This document shows, one piece after another, positions 9,629 to 20,071 of a DNA stretch of 64,000 nt (positions within the stretch are counted from its first letter, which is position 1; each line of letters starts with the position of its first letter). The notes under the pieces are model-generated. The model did not search any database. It was not told the DNA's origin and worked only from the letters and a program-made list of their open reading frames with translations. The stretch spans positions 192,001 through 256,000 of the forward strand of contig CBDDCA010000005.1 in NCBI GenBank assembly GCA_965226055.1. Direction: 5' to 3'. The stretch is from Spirochaetia bacterium. GTDB lineage: Bacteria > Spirochaetota > Spirochaetia > WTKD01 > G963693115. Position numbers and translations under genes: made by a program.

Positions 9629-9877
9629 ATGAGCATTCCTCATAAAGATGCATTACAATTTTTAATGTTACATAATTTCTCAAAAGAAGAAATTTCTCAG
9701 ATTATGACAGCGGTAAAGCAGTTATTTCCAGAAAAAATAAAAAACAAAACACTCATATTTTCTACCACAACTGAACAATCCAAGAAAATGACAGTACAAG
9801 ATCTTATAGAAGACATGAGCGAAGATCACCTCTATCTTTTACAAAACCCACCAAACAAAGAGAACAGTACCTCGTAA
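9629..9877 (+). CDS. small conserved protein, DUF3783-like
   Basis: Pattern LHNFSKEEI..IM.AVK...IFSTTT......TV.DLIEDM.EDH; AAGGA upstream of ATG 9629. Confidence 0.6.
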   Translation: MSIPHKDALQFLMLHNFSKEEISQIMTAVKQLFPEKIKNKTLIFSTTTEQSKKMTVQDLIEDMSEDHLYLLQNPPNKENSTS

Positions 9878-9880
9878 TAT

Positions 9881-10957
9881 ATGAGTAACATACCTTCCTA
9901 TCAACCAGGAGCCACAGTAGAACAAGGCATAAAACTTTCATCAAACGAAGCTCCGCTTGGAACATCACAGAAAGTCATTGAAGCTATTTGTAAAGCAGCA
10001 AAAAATACGTATCGGTATCCTCAACACAACCATGACACATTACATCATATAATTTCAAAAAAACATGCAGTAGCACAGGACAACATATTATGTGGAAATG
10101 GTTCTGACGAACTTATATGTTTTATCACTCAAGAATACTTACAGCCTAACGATACAGTCATCGTAGGTACTCCTTCTTTTTCTATTTATACTATCGCAAG
10201 CTCTCTTGCAAAAGCTACTGTTATAGCAAGTCCACTAAAAAACTGGCATTTCAATATAGAACATATTCTTGATACTATTGCCAATACAAAAATACTATTT
10301 TTATGTTCTCCTAACAACCCAACTGGCACATGCATAGCTCCACAAGAAATAATGACTCTCCTGCGAGAAATACCAGAGACAGTATATATTGTTCTTGATT
10401 TAGCATATATTGATTTCGTAGAAAAAAAATACACCATAGATTACAAGAGCTTACTTTCTACACATCCAAATATAATACTGTTACATACCCTTTCAAAAGC
10501 ATATGGAATAGCAGGACTTCGAGTAGGGTATGCTATTGCAAACACACAGATCATTTCTGCACTCACTCCTCACCGTATGCCTTTCAATATCAATACTCTC
10601 GCCTTTATTGGAGCAAAAGAAGCACTTTTAGATACTGTACACTATACCAATACATTACAGCATGTAGAGAAAGAAAGAGCACGATTACTAAAAGAGTATA
10701 CACAACTAGGGTGTAATCCTATACCAAGCCAAGCAAATTTCATTACTCTGTTTCCTCCCCTTTCTTCTCGTATAAAAGAATATCATAAAAAACATGGTAC
10801 TATAGCTCAAGCCATATTTCATTATTTTTTACAACAAGATCCTCCTATTAGCATACGACCGCTTAATTCATTTGGACTTGATTCTGGCATACGCATAAGT
10901 ATAGGAACAGAACAAGAGAATAATCTTGTTCTTAGTAGACTTTCACAGCTGATTTAA
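9881..10957 (+). CDS. hisC: histidinol-phosphate aminotransferase family (PLP class I/II)
   Basis: LSSNE.P, GNGSDELI, PNNPTG, DLAY, TLSKAYGIAGLRVGY and RISIG motifs. Confidence 0.85.
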   Translation: MSNIPSYQPGATVEQGIKLSSNEAPLGTSQKVIEAICKAAKNTYRYPQHNHDTLHHIISKKHAVAQDNILCGNGSDELICFITQEYLQPNDTVIVGTPSFSIYTIASSLAKATVIASPLKNWHFNIEHILDTIANTKILFLCSPNNPTGTCIAPQEIMTLLREIPETVYIVLDLAYIDFVEKKYTIDYKSLLSTHPNIILLHTLSKAYGIAGLRVGYAIANTQIISALTPHRMPFNINTLAFIGAKEALLDTVHYTNTLQHVEKERARLLKEYTQLGCNPIPSQANFITLFPPLSSRIKEYHKKHGTIAQAIFHYFLQQDPPISIRPLNSFGLDSGIRISIGTEQENNLVLSRLSQLI

Positions 10958-11356
10958 TATCAGCTTTAATATGTCTATTGAACCTGGAACTAATTTAATC
11001 TTTTGCACAATTTCTTGAATCTGTTGTACACGTTCTTTCATAACGGTAGTATCATAGTCTTTAATATCAACAGCATGCGAATCTGATATAAACATCTTCA
11101 TTGTATTCGCTGGATTATTATGCTTTATCACTATCAGCATAGCTTGTAAAGCCCGTATCGCTTCAATAGAATCAGTGAATATGAGACAGTAAAAGTTAAT
11201 TTCAGGCCAAACAGAATCACCTCTTGCTTCACCATTGCTTCCTTTTCCTTGTTTCATTTCAAAAATAGAAAAATGCTGCTGAGGCAGTTTATCTTCCATT
11301 TCTTCTATAAATTCACTTAACAACTCATTATTTGAAAATATTTCAATTCTTTTCAT
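10943..11356 (-). CDS. PG0541-like transporter-associated (PII-like) protein
   Basis: MKRIEI...GKGSNG...GDSVWPE.N motif; last gene of the RND operon. Confidence 0.6.
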   Translation of the reverse strand: MKRIEIFSNNELLSEFIEEMEDKLPQQHFSIFEMKQGKGSNGEARGDSVWPEINFYCLIFTDSIEAIRALQAMLIVIKHNNPANTMKMFISDSHAVDIKDYDTTVMKERVQQIQEIVQKIKLVPGSIDILKLILNQL

Positions 11357-11379
11357 ACTATATTCCTATTATTCTATGT

Positions 11380-14300
11380 TTATGATGATACATCTGATAT
11401 ATTATTACTACCAGTAGAAGTAAAACCAGCTTGTTCTAATACTTTTCTCTCATTCTCTTCTTTCATAGCTCTCCGCTTCTTTCTGCCTTTAGCTCCTAAG
11501 TTTGATTTTATCGTATGAAACGAAGCATATATCAATGGAATAAAAAACAAAGAAAGAAGTGATGATGTTCCTAAGCCTCCTACTAAGGTAAGGGCTAGTG
11601 GTTGTAGAAGCTCTGCTCCTGCTAGAGATGTCAATGCTAACGGAAGCATCCCTCCAATAGTAGTAAGTGTTGTCATGAGTATGGGCTGAAACCTATCTTT
11701 TGCCCCAGCAACTACCGCATCCATAAGAGCATAGTTTCTTGCTCGTAATGTATTGATACGATCTACTAACACTATCCCATGATTGACACTAATACCTACT
11801 AAAATTACTACACCAGCTAAAGAAAATGCAGAAAGCTGATTAGCAGTAAAAAAGTAAATAAGTATAACTCCCGAAAAAGAAAGAGGGATGGTAAACACAA
11901 TAAGAAACGGATCAGTGAAAGATTCAAACTGACTCGCCATAACACCAAATACAAACACTACAGCGAAAATAAAAATCAACAATAATGTTCGGTTTGTTTT
12001 ATTCCTATCTTCAAATTCACCTGCAAAATAATAAGTAATATCCTCATCTAAAGACAATGGGCTTTGCGAAAACGCTTGACGTGAATCAACAATGGCTTTA
12101 TCTATTCCATACCCTTGTGCTAAACGTGCTGATAAAGTAACAGTACGGGAGGCATTTTCGCGAAGTATGGTCTGTTCTGCATTGGACAAATCACGTAGCG
12201 TAAGATTCGCAAGAGGAATGCGTGATTTCGGTGTTTTTATGTACAACTGCTGAAATAAATCGGCTCTGTTTTTATCTGAATCTTGTAATTTCATGACAAT
12301 ATCATATTCTTTTGACCCTTGAGAATAAGTAGAGACTTTACTATCGGACACTGCTAGCTTTAGCTCATCACTCACTCCTCTTACAGTTAAGCCATAGGCA
12401 TTTGCACGTTCTCTATCCACACTAAGAGATATGGCAATATTTGAAGTGGGAAGATCACTTCTCACTGCTAAAAAGTTTGGAAGATTACGAAGAATAGCAG
12501 AAAATTGCTCTGATGCAACTTTTAATTTATCAAGATCATCCGATTGTATCTTAAGCTCAAAACCACCACCAAAGTTAGGTCCACCACCTTGAATTAAGCC
12601 TCCTATTCTAATAGGAATAGAATATTCTTTCGTAATTTCATTCAATGTATCAAGCAATTTCTCATACACATTTGTCTGCATAAACTCTGTAAACTTAATA
12701 CTCAGCGATGCTTTATATAAACCACTATCAAAAATGGAGGTTGTAGAACCTCCTCCTACTATTTCTAACTGATTACTCTTTACCTCAGGTAAAAGAGGGC
12801 GAATTCTTTCGTCAAAATCCAGTGCAGTTGTATACATTTGCTCATTAGTAGTACCAGCAGAAAAAGTAAAACTTGCCTCTATCCCTTCTTGTGCAAACGA
12901 TGGGAGAAAATTAAACCCTAAACTAGCAATAAGCAAGAAAGGAAGAAATGCTATTACCACAATAGAAAGAATAAATCGCTTTCTGCGTAGTACAATATAG
13001 TCTAATATTGCTTTATATACATTTTCTATAAACGCAAACATCCATTCAAAGAAAGAGTTTATTTTCCCAATAACCCCTTTTGTTTTATTGATATGGAGTG
13101 GAATAAATGTACTGGTAAGCACTGGTACTAAAAAGATAGCAGTAAGATATGAGATTATAATGGATACAACGATAGCAAAGCCTAGATTAGTAAAATAAGC
13201 ACCTACAACACCAAGTTCCCTCTCAAATAAAAGCATAGGCAAAAATACCAATACAGTAGTTATGGTAGAAGCAAATACAGGCACTGCCATTTCAGATACA
13301 CCATATTCAGCTGCAGGTAAAAGATTGACATTATTTTTTCGCTTAATATATATGTTTTCAAGTACTACTATTGAATTATCGACAATGAGTCCAATACCCA
13401 TTGCTAAGCCTGCCAGCGTCATAAAGTTAAGGGTAATACCATAATAATACATACTCATAATAGTAAGCACTATAGAAATTGGTATTGATACAGCAACCGA
13501 AGCAACCGAAGAAATATTACGTAAAAAGAGTATTAGAACTAATAATGCTAGTAACCCACCAGAAAGTGCAGTACTACTGACTGCGGAAAGTATTCTATTG
13601 ATAAATCCTGAAAAATCCTGAAATACTTCAAACTCAAAATCATCAGGACTTATCGTATTAAGGCGCTTTAGCTCATTACGTATATTTTGAGCAACTTCAA
13701 CTATATTTGAATCGTTATCCTTAAAGAAAATAATATCTACCGCAGGTTTTCCATTTAAGTAAATTTGTCTTGATTCATCTCCATACCTAAATGAAACATC
13801 AGCAATATCCCTTAGCCGAACATAGACACTATCGTTTCCATTTATTTTTCGTTCGGCAACAATAATATTTCTAACATCCTCTACTTTCTCATATTTTCCT
13901 TCAAAAACTACTCCTACCTGCTTAAATGTAGTATCAATAGTACCAATAGGACCACCATATCCATTTGCTTGAATAGTCTTTTTTAGCTCTCCAAGTGTAA
14001 GATCATATGCACTTAAGCGATTAAGAGAAACATCTATAATAATTTGCTTAGGCACTCCCCCTGAGATAATAACCAGCGAAACTCCATTTATCTGCTCTAA
14101 ATAATTGATAAGAGTATTATCTACATACTCACGAATCTCATTATGATTACGATTTGCCTTAATAAGCACAGACATAACAGGGTCCCCACTTGCACCAAAG
14201 CGAAATATCTGTGGCTTATCAGCTTCAGAAGGTAACGCATTTTCAATAGTATCTACTGCTGAACGTAAATTATCTACATTCTTATCCATACCACTTTTAT

Positions 14301-14589
14301 ACTTAAAAGTAACAAAAATACTACTAGATCCTTCATTTGTTGTTGAAGTAACTTTTTCTATATTATCAATAGAATTGATAGCTCTTTCAAGTGGTTTAGT
14401 AATGGTATCCTCAATTAACTCAGGGCTTGCACCAGGATAATTAGTATACACAGATACTTCATTAAATTCTACACTTGGCTGAAAATCAATAGGAATATTA
14501 GTAACAACAGATATACTAAAAATAAGCAATACAACAAAAATGATGAGTACTGTCTTAGGACGCCTTGTTACTGTTGAAAATACACTCAT
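11380..14589 (-). CDS. RND efflux transporter permease (AcrB/AcrD/AcrF family)
   Basis: 1069 aa; YPGASPE, GLIVDNSIVVLENI, QFES, VNHGIVLVD and RFQPILMTTLTTI motifs. Confidence 0.95.
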   Translation of the reverse strand: MSVFSTVTRRPKTVLIIFVVLLIFSISVVTNIPIDFQPSVEFNEVSVYTNYPGASPELIEDTITKPLERAINSIDNIEKVTSTTNEGSSSIFVTFKYKSGMDKNVDNLRSAVDTIENALPSEADKPQIFRFGASGDPVMSVLIKANRNHNEIREYVDNTLINYLEQINGVSLVIISGGVPKQIIIDVSLNRLSAYDLTLGELKKTIQANGYGGPIGTIDTTFKQVGVVFEGKYEKVEDVRNIIVAERKINGNDSVYVRLRDIADVSFRYGDESRQIYLNGKPAVDIIFFKDNDSNIVEVAQNIRNELKRLNTISPDDFEFEVFQDFSGFINRILSAVSSTALSGGLLALLVLILFLRNISSVASVAVSIPISIVLTIMSMYYYGITLNFMTLAGLAMGIGLIVDNSIVVLENIYIKRKNNVNLLPAAEYGVSEMAVPVFASTITTVLVFLPMLLFERELGVVGAYFTNLGFAIVVSIIISYLTAIFLVPVLTSTFIPLHINKTKGVIGKINSFFEWMFAFIENVYKAILDYIVLRRKRFILSIVVIAFLPFLLIASLGFNFLPSFAQEGIEASFTFSAGTTNEQMYTTALDFDERIRPLLPEVKSNQLEIVGGGSTTSIFDSGLYKASLSIKFTEFMQTNVYEKLLDTLNEITKEYSIPIRIGGLIQGGGPNFGGGFELKIQSDDLDKLKVASEQFSAILRNLPNFLAVRSDLPTSNIAISLSVDRERANAYGLTVRGVSDELKLAVSDSKVSTYSQGSKEYDIVMKLQDSDKNRADLFQQLYIKTPKSRIPLANLTLRDLSNAEQTILRENASRTVTLSARLAQGYGIDKAIVDSRQAFSQSPLSLDEDITYYFAGEFEDRNKTNRTLLLIFIFAVVFVFGVMASQFESFTDPFLIVFTIPLSFSGVILIYFFTANQLSAFSLAGVVILVGISVNHGIVLVDRINTLRARNYALMDAVVAGAKDRFQPILMTTLTTIGGMLPLALTSLAGAELLQPLALTLVGGLGTSSLLSLFFIPLIYASFHTIKSNLGAKGRKKRRAMKEENERKVLEQAGFTSTGSNNISDVSS

Positions 14590-14618
14590 ACTACCTCCAC
14601 AAATCCCTGAAACTATAA

Positions 14619-15650
14619 CTAATTAACATTGCTATTGGTATCTTCTTCTGAAGGAACATTATCCAGTTCTAACAATTCTACAAGAGCATTTTCAACAAGA
14701 GATTCTTGTCCTGTTACTGCGATAACATCACCTACTGATAATCCCTCAGTTACTTGATAAAAATCTCCATCTTCAATACCGAGACTTATTGCTTGAAATA
14801 CTGCCAGTGTTATCCCATCTTGTTCAATTATCTTAAATACACCATTCAATGTTTTACCATCTCGAAAACGCTGTACGATATAATCAATACGTACTACTGG
14901 AACATCTGGTATTTCTTCAAGTATCAACTCTACAGTACCAAACATACCACTTTTTAAGCGTTCATCCTGATTTACAAAATCCAACTTTGCTTTCATAGTA
15001 TGGGTTACCGAAGAAAGTACAGAACTAGCAGTTCTTGTTATAACAGGAAAATTTTCCCCACGAAACGCAATAAGAGATATTGTTCCTCTTATTCCCACTT
15101 GTACATCATTGGCATATCGTTCTGGTATAAACAATTCTATTTCTAATTCTGAGTTATTTGCTACTTCTGCTATCACAGAATTTGCACTTACCTGATTACC
15201 TATCTCTATAAAGATAGTGCTAATCGTACCTGCTATTGATGCTTTTACAGGACTGAGTAAGAATTTTTCACCTGGCCGTGAAGGATCAATTTGTGCAATA
15301 ATTTGATTTTTACGCACATACTCCCCTTCTTCCACTAATAGTGTATGAAGTACTCCAGAAGTATCTGGGGTGATATTTGCAGAATCTTTTGCTTTAACGC
15401 TTCCTTCTACATTGATTCTTCGATAAATAGTTTGAGGAACTATTGTTACCGCATTGATACGAAAGCTAGCTTCTTCGCCTAAAGCAGCTAGTAAAAGCTC
15501 ATCTTCTTCAATCACCTCTCCTTTTTGAGAGCTGTTTCCTCCACATGCAATAAATGATACACTGAGATACAATACTAATGTAACAAGCACAGCACTGTGT
15601 ATCTTATAGCTAATACTATTCTTTGTCTTTTTTTTCAATGTATTATACAT
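14619..15650 (-). CDS. RND periplasmic adaptor (membrane fusion) lipoprotein
   Basis: Lipobox SFIAC, lipoyl-like half-motifs, LKSGMF and GL.VGD; lies between TolC and the RND permease. Confidence 0.88.
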   Translation of the reverse strand: MYNTLKKKTKNSISYKIHSAVLVTLVLYLSVSFIACGGNSSQKGEVIEEDELLLAALGEEASFRINAVTIVPQTIYRRINVEGSVKAKDSANITPDTSGVLHTLLVEEGEYVRKNQIIAQIDPSRPGEKFLLSPVKASIAGTISTIFIEIGNQVSANSVIAEVANNSELEIELFIPERYANDVQVGIRGTISLIAFRGENFPVITRTASSVLSSVTHTMKAKLDFVNQDERLKSGMFGTVELILEEIPDVPVVRIDYIVQRFRDGKTLNGVFKIIEQDGITLAVFQAISLGIEDGDFYQVTEGLSVGDVIAVTGQESLVENALVELLELDNVPSEEDTNSNVN

Positions 15651-16971
15651 TATTTTCTTCTCCTAATAATAGTTGTATATCCAATAAAGATTTTATTATA
15701 CTAATGGTTTGCAATAAGTATCCTTTTTCTGCATCAAGTAAATTATTTTCAGCAGTCTGATATTCAGTAAGACGAGCAAGCCCATTGCCATATTTTACTT
15801 TCATAATCTCAAAAGCTGAACGTGCTAAATCACGTTGTCTTTGAGCTGTATCTAAAATTTCCACTTGTAGCTGTAATGTATTTTGCAAATTTACTAATTT
15901 TAATTCCAAAGCCTCTTCTGTTTTTTGTCTATTGAAGCTATGATTTTTATAATTTTTTCGAGCATTGATATATGCTAAAAACACAGGTGAGCCTGGAAGT
16001 AAGTTAGAAATATTAAAAGACAAATTAAAAGCGAGAGCACCAGTATCATCCGACCAATTAGAATCGCTATACCAACTTTTTTGTAAAGGATCTCCTTGAA
16101 AAACATGCGTACTTTGCCAGCTAAGCCCCAAAGTAGGCAATAGTGCTAATAAAGATGCGTATTGAGCAATATTCAATATTACCTCATCTTGCTCAGCTAT
16201 TTGTATATTGTAATTATATTCTAAGCTACTTTGTAATAAAACATCTTTTATAGTCTCTTCATTTATATCAGGAATATCTTCAATAAGCACAAACTGTGTC
16301 CCTTTCTCTTCTCCAATAATAGAGGCAAAGTTATTTGAAAAAGTAATAACAGAATTTTGCTTTGCATTTACCTGCTGTTCTATTTGCAGTTTCTGTATCT
16401 GAGACTGTAAGTACTTATATTCTTCCACTAAGCCTGCTTCATATGAAGTCTTTAGATTCTTGTTTTGATCAATACTCACTTGTAGTTGTTTTTTTAGTAT
16501 AAACAATTCTTCTTCTGCAATAAGGAGATCGTAATAGGCTTTTTGTACAGACACCAGTACAGTTTTAATAGCATTCTCATAGGTAAGCTCCCCTTTTTTG
16601 AACGCTAAATAAGAACCAAATACTTCCAATATTTTTTGTGCCAGCTTAGGACCAATCGGTGAACTTATTGACACACTCCTGTTAAGTCCCCATTGCGATG
16701 CATCGGAATTTGGAGTGGCAGCTGGTTCTACATTACGACGAGAAAGGTTTGCTGACATTACAACATTAGGGAGAATTGAAGACCATTTCCATGAATTTTC
16801 CCATGACAGTGTATCAAGTGTAGATCTTTGTAATTGAATATCTAAATTAGACTTTAATGCACGGTCTAAACTATCAGAAATGCTTAGCTTTAACTCTTGA
16901 GCAAAAACAGTCCCTATAAACACATGAATAGCAATAAAATTCAATACACACAAAAGCACATTTCTTTTCAT
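15643..16971 (-). CDS. TolC family outer membrane efflux protein
   Basis: Signal peptide ending VFA, AL..N motif, VQKAYYDL, YEAG and Y.NG repeats; start reassigned to MKRNVLL (16971). Confidence 0.85.
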   Translation of the reverse strand: MKRNVLLCVLNFIAIHVFIGTVFAQELKLSISDSLDRALKSNLDIQLQRSTLDTLSWENSWKWSSILPNVVMSANLSRRNVEPAATPNSDASQWGLNRSVSISSPIGPKLAQKILEVFGSYLAFKKGELTYENAIKTVLVSVQKAYYDLLIAEEELFILKKQLQVSIDQNKNLKTSYEAGLVEEYKYLQSQIQKLQIEQQVNAKQNSVITFSNNFASIIGEEKGTQFVLIEDIPDINEETIKDVLLQSSLEYNYNIQIAEQDEVILNIAQYASLLALLPTLGLSWQSTHVFQGDPLQKSWYSDSNWSDDTGALAFNLSFNISNLLPGSPVFLAYINARKNYKNHSFNRQKTEEALELKLVNLQNTLQLQVEILDTAQRQRDLARSAFEIMKVKYGNGLARLTEYQTAENNLLDAEKGYLLQTISIIKSLLDIQLLLGEENNV

Positions 16972-16980
16972 ATTATATCT

Positions 16981-17010
16981 ATAATACATGAAGTATAATA
17001 AAAGTGTCAA
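16981..17010 (-). promoter_or_regulatory. sigma70-type promoter of the tolC-MFP-RND operon
   Basis: TTGACA (17010-17005)-N18-TATTAT (16986-16981), 9 nt before ATG 16971. Confidence 0.5.
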
Positions 17011-17059
17011 GGCTGGGATGGAAATTCAGGGAGAGCTTCTAATTACTAAGCGAACAGTC

Positions 17060-17128
17060 ACTAAAAAATAAAAAAGCCCATAAGATACCCCTAACAATAA
17101 GAAGAAAAAAAAGAATATCTTATGAGCT
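17060..17128 (-). terminator. intrinsic-terminator-like hairpin with U-tract
   Basis: Minus strand AGCTCATAAGATA...TATCTTATGGGCT (13-bp stem, one G-U pair, 28-nt loop) followed by a T-rich run. Confidence 0.5.
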
Positions 17129-17278
17129 ATACACATATATATTATATCATAAATGCAAAGAAATAGTACAAGTACTTAAAAATTTCGTACCACACTTTTG
17201 AATTTACAAAAATATTGTAAAATATATCGTATTTACTGTATACTAAATATATAATAGTATATACCTAAAGAGGATACA

Positions 17279-18787
17279 ATGAGCAAAATAAAAACAGCAA
17301 CATCAAGAAGTAAATTTCCCTTAATTATTATATCAATACTTTTATTAGTAATAACAAAATATACTCCTGCTTGGGGAGCTCTTTCTCAAGAAGGCACTAT
17401 AACTTTGGCAGTAGTGATAATTATGGCATTACTCTGGATAATAGAGCCAATACCTATTTATGTTACTGCCTTACTACCACTCGTTATTTTTCCACTGTTC
17501 AGTGTTGATGCATTTTCCACAGTCGCAGCAAACTATGCAAATAAAAATATTTATCTATTCTTTGGCGGATTTATATTAGCAATAGCAATGGAAAATAGCG
17601 GTATTCATAAACGCATAGCTCTGCACATTCTCAAAGCAGTAGGAACAAAACCAGCAAACAGTATAGCTGGTTTCATACTTGCTTCAGGCTTACTGTCAAT
17701 GTGGATTAGTAACACAGCTGCTACAGTACTTATGATGCCTGTAGCATTTTCAGTAATAGCATTATTGAAAGAAAACTTTGATGCAAAATTACATAAAAAA
17801 ATATCCATTGCTATTTTTCTTTCATTAGCTTTCTCTGCATCTATAGGAGGAATGGGAACATTGATTGGTACTCCCCCTAATTTAATACTTACTGCTTTTG
17901 CAAAAGAACAAAATATAGATATTGGTTTTGGACAATTTATGGGTATTGGTATTCCTATCTCTTTAGTTGGCTTTTTTCTTTTATGGTTCATGTTTACAAA
18001 AGTTTTCTTCCGATTTGAAAATAAGCCTATTGAGGGAACAAAAGAACTCATAGAACGTGAAATTGCAAAGCTATCTCATATGAGCAAAGCAGAAATAAGA
18101 GTGCTTATTGTGTTTATTTTTACTGCATTTTTTTGGATATTTCGTACCCTATTATCAAAATATATCTTTGCTCATATTGGAATTACCCTTAGTGATCCTG
18201 GCATTGCTATGGTTTCTGCCATAACATTATTTATACTTTCAGATGGACAAGGGAAACCAATGGTAGTATGGAAAGACATAAAACCTCTTGTATGGGGAAT
18301 TATTACTCTGTTTGGAGGAGGATTAGCTCTGGGACAACAGATACAAAAAACTGGTGTTGGAGCATGGATAGCAGAGGGAATACAAGACAATCTTACAAAT
18401 ACACCGCTTATTGCTATTATTGCTCTTATCACTATCATAACAGTTATTATAAGCCAATTTGCTAGTAATACAGCAACAACTGCAGCATTTTTACCAATCT
18501 TTTTTCCACTCGCACAAGCAATTAACCTGCACCCTTTATTTATACTGCTTCCATTAACACTAGGAGCAAGCTCAGTATTTATGCTTCCTTCAGCAACTCC
18601 CCCAAATGCTATTGTTATGTCAGGAGAAGGGATAACAATAAAAGATATGGTAAAATATGGGAGCATATTCAACATAATATACATAGTGTTTATTATTGCT
18701 ATAGTCTATGTATATCTACAATTTGGATGGTTCTTTGATACAGGAGATGGAACATTCTCCTATTATATACAGTCTATCAGCAAATAA
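17279..18787 (+). CDS. DASS/SLC13 family sodium-coupled anion symporter
   Basis: EPIP, SMWISNTA, GTLIGTPPN, SNTAT and ATPPNAIV motifs; many TM helices. Confidence 0.93.
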   Translation: MSKIKTATSRSKFPLIIISILLLVITKYTPAWGALSQEGTITLAVVIIMALLWIIEPIPIYVTALLPLVIFPLFSVDAFSTVAANYANKNIYLFFGGFILAIAMENSGIHKRIALHILKAVGTKPANSIAGFILASGLLSMWISNTAATVLMMPVAFSVIALLKENFDAKLHKKISIAIFLSLAFSASIGGMGTLIGTPPNLILTAFAKEQNIDIGFGQFMGIGIPISLVGFFLLWFMFTKVFFRFENKPIEGTKELIEREIAKLSHMSKAEIRVLIVFIFTAFFWIFRTLLSKYIFAHIGITLSDPGIAMVSAITLFILSDGQGKPMVVWKDIKPLVWGIITLFGGGLALGQQIQKTGVGAWIAEGIQDNLTNTPLIAIIALITIITVIISQFASNTATTAAFLPIFFPLAQAINLHPLFILLPLTLGASSVFMLPSATPPNAIVMSGEGITIKDMVKYGSIFNIIYIVFIIAIVYVYLQFGWFFDTGDGTFSYYIQSISK

Positions 18788-18803
18788 AAGGAGTAATAAG
18801 AAA

Positions 18804-20015
18804 ATGTTTTGCAATCCTACATATAGAAAACCTGAGCAATCAGGCATATCATCACCAATACATTACGGAGTAAAATGGAATCATACAGATAACCTCTCTC
18901 GATACGATATTATAATCCCTAAAGATATAATTCCATTATGGGTAGCAGATATGGATGTTGAAGTGTCCCCTGCAATCTATCAAGCATTAAGATATGTTAC
19001 TGAACACAAAGTATTTGGGTATTCACAAGAAACAGCAGAAACACGAGAATTAGTATGTCATTGGCAGAAAGAGCGACATCAATGGAATACAGTAAGGCCT
19101 GAAGAAATAGTATTTTCTTCGGCAACTATTACTGCCCTCATATTCCTACTCTACAGCATCACTAATAAAGGAGATGAAGTAATTGTACAGCAGCCTGTAT
19201 ATCCTCCTCTCAGTAATTGCATTGAAGCACATAAACGTGTATTAAAAGTAAACACATTGATAAAACACGATACTACTTACTCTATGAATATAGCTGAATT
19301 AGAATCACTTATCACTAAGAAAACAAAAATGCTTATTTTATGTAATCCTCAAAATCCAACAGGACGTGTTTGGCAAAAAAAAGAATTACAGCAAATCATT
19401 GAAGTGTGCAAAAAACATAATATATATATATTTTCTGATGATGTGCATGCTGATATTGTATACGCTCCGCATCGTTATGTTCCCATAGCCAGTATAGATA
19501 CAGATTATACTGATAAAATAATCACAGCAAACTCTATCGTAAAAGCGTTTAATATTCCCGGCCTGCATATTGCTATGCTACATATTTCAGATGCACATAT
19601 ACGCAATACATTTCAAAGAATGCAAAAAGCATGCATTGGTCACTCAATATTATCTCCTTACGCTATAGCAGCACAAGAAGCAGCAATGAAAGATTCTCTG
19701 CCTTGGCTACAATCACTTTTACTTGCATTAGAAGAAAATCGCAATATGCTTTTTCGTTACATTCAAAAACATATGCCTCAAATTCGTGTTCATAACCCCG
19801 AAGGGACCTTCGTCATGTGGCTTGATTTTTCTTCATTTCAACTTGATGAAAAATCGTTATTTTCTACCATATATACAAAAGCAAAGCTAGGTCTAAAAAA
19901 TGGTATAGATTTTGGTGCTTCTGGAACATCACATATGCGACTAAACTTTGCCTGTTCTCCCCAGCTGTTAAAAGAAGCAATGCAGTCTTTACATCATACT
20001 CTCAATACACTGTAG
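18804..20015 (+). CDS. MalY/PatB family PLP-dependent C-S lyase (cystathionine beta-lyase-like)
   Basis: PLWVADMD, FGY, PVYPP, LCNPQNPTGRVW, SDDVHAD, KAFNIPGL, EGTF..WLDF and RLNFAC motifs; AAGGAG RBS before ATG 18804. Confidence 0.92.
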   Translation: MFCNPTYRKPEQSGISSPIHYGVKWNHTDNLSRYDIIIPKDIIPLWVADMDVEVSPAIYQALRYVTEHKVFGYSQETAETRELVCHWQKERHQWNTVRPEEIVFSSATITALIFLLYSITNKGDEVIVQQPVYPPLSNCIEAHKRVLKVNTLIKHDTTYSMNIAELESLITKKTKMLILCNPQNPTGRVWQKKELQQIIEVCKKHNIYIFSDDVHADIVYAPHRYVPIASIDTDYTDKIITANSIVKAFNIPGLHIAMLHISDAHIRNTFQRMQKACIGHSILSPYAIAAQEAAMKDSLPWLQSLLLALEENRNMLFRYIQKHMPQIRVHNPEGTFVMWLDFSSFQLDEKSLFSTIYTKAKLGLKNGIDFGASGTSHMRLNFACSPQLLKEAMQSLHHTLNTL

Positions 20016-20071
20016 CATCACTCTCTCTATAAGTTTCTCACTAAAATAAAAAATAGTATATCATAGTAACT

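Noticed and set aside
16972-17010. ORF-track 5' extensions for tolC (also 18708, 24926, 29180, 30009, 40714, 9499 and 9584 starts)
   Set aside because: Downstream starts have better RBS or signal-peptide context; the tolC TTG coincides with a -35 box.
17203-17221. TTTACAA-N5-TTGTAAA inverted repeat upstream of the DASS gene
   Set aside because: Short and AT-rich, a single occurrence, and no regulator nearby to support it.
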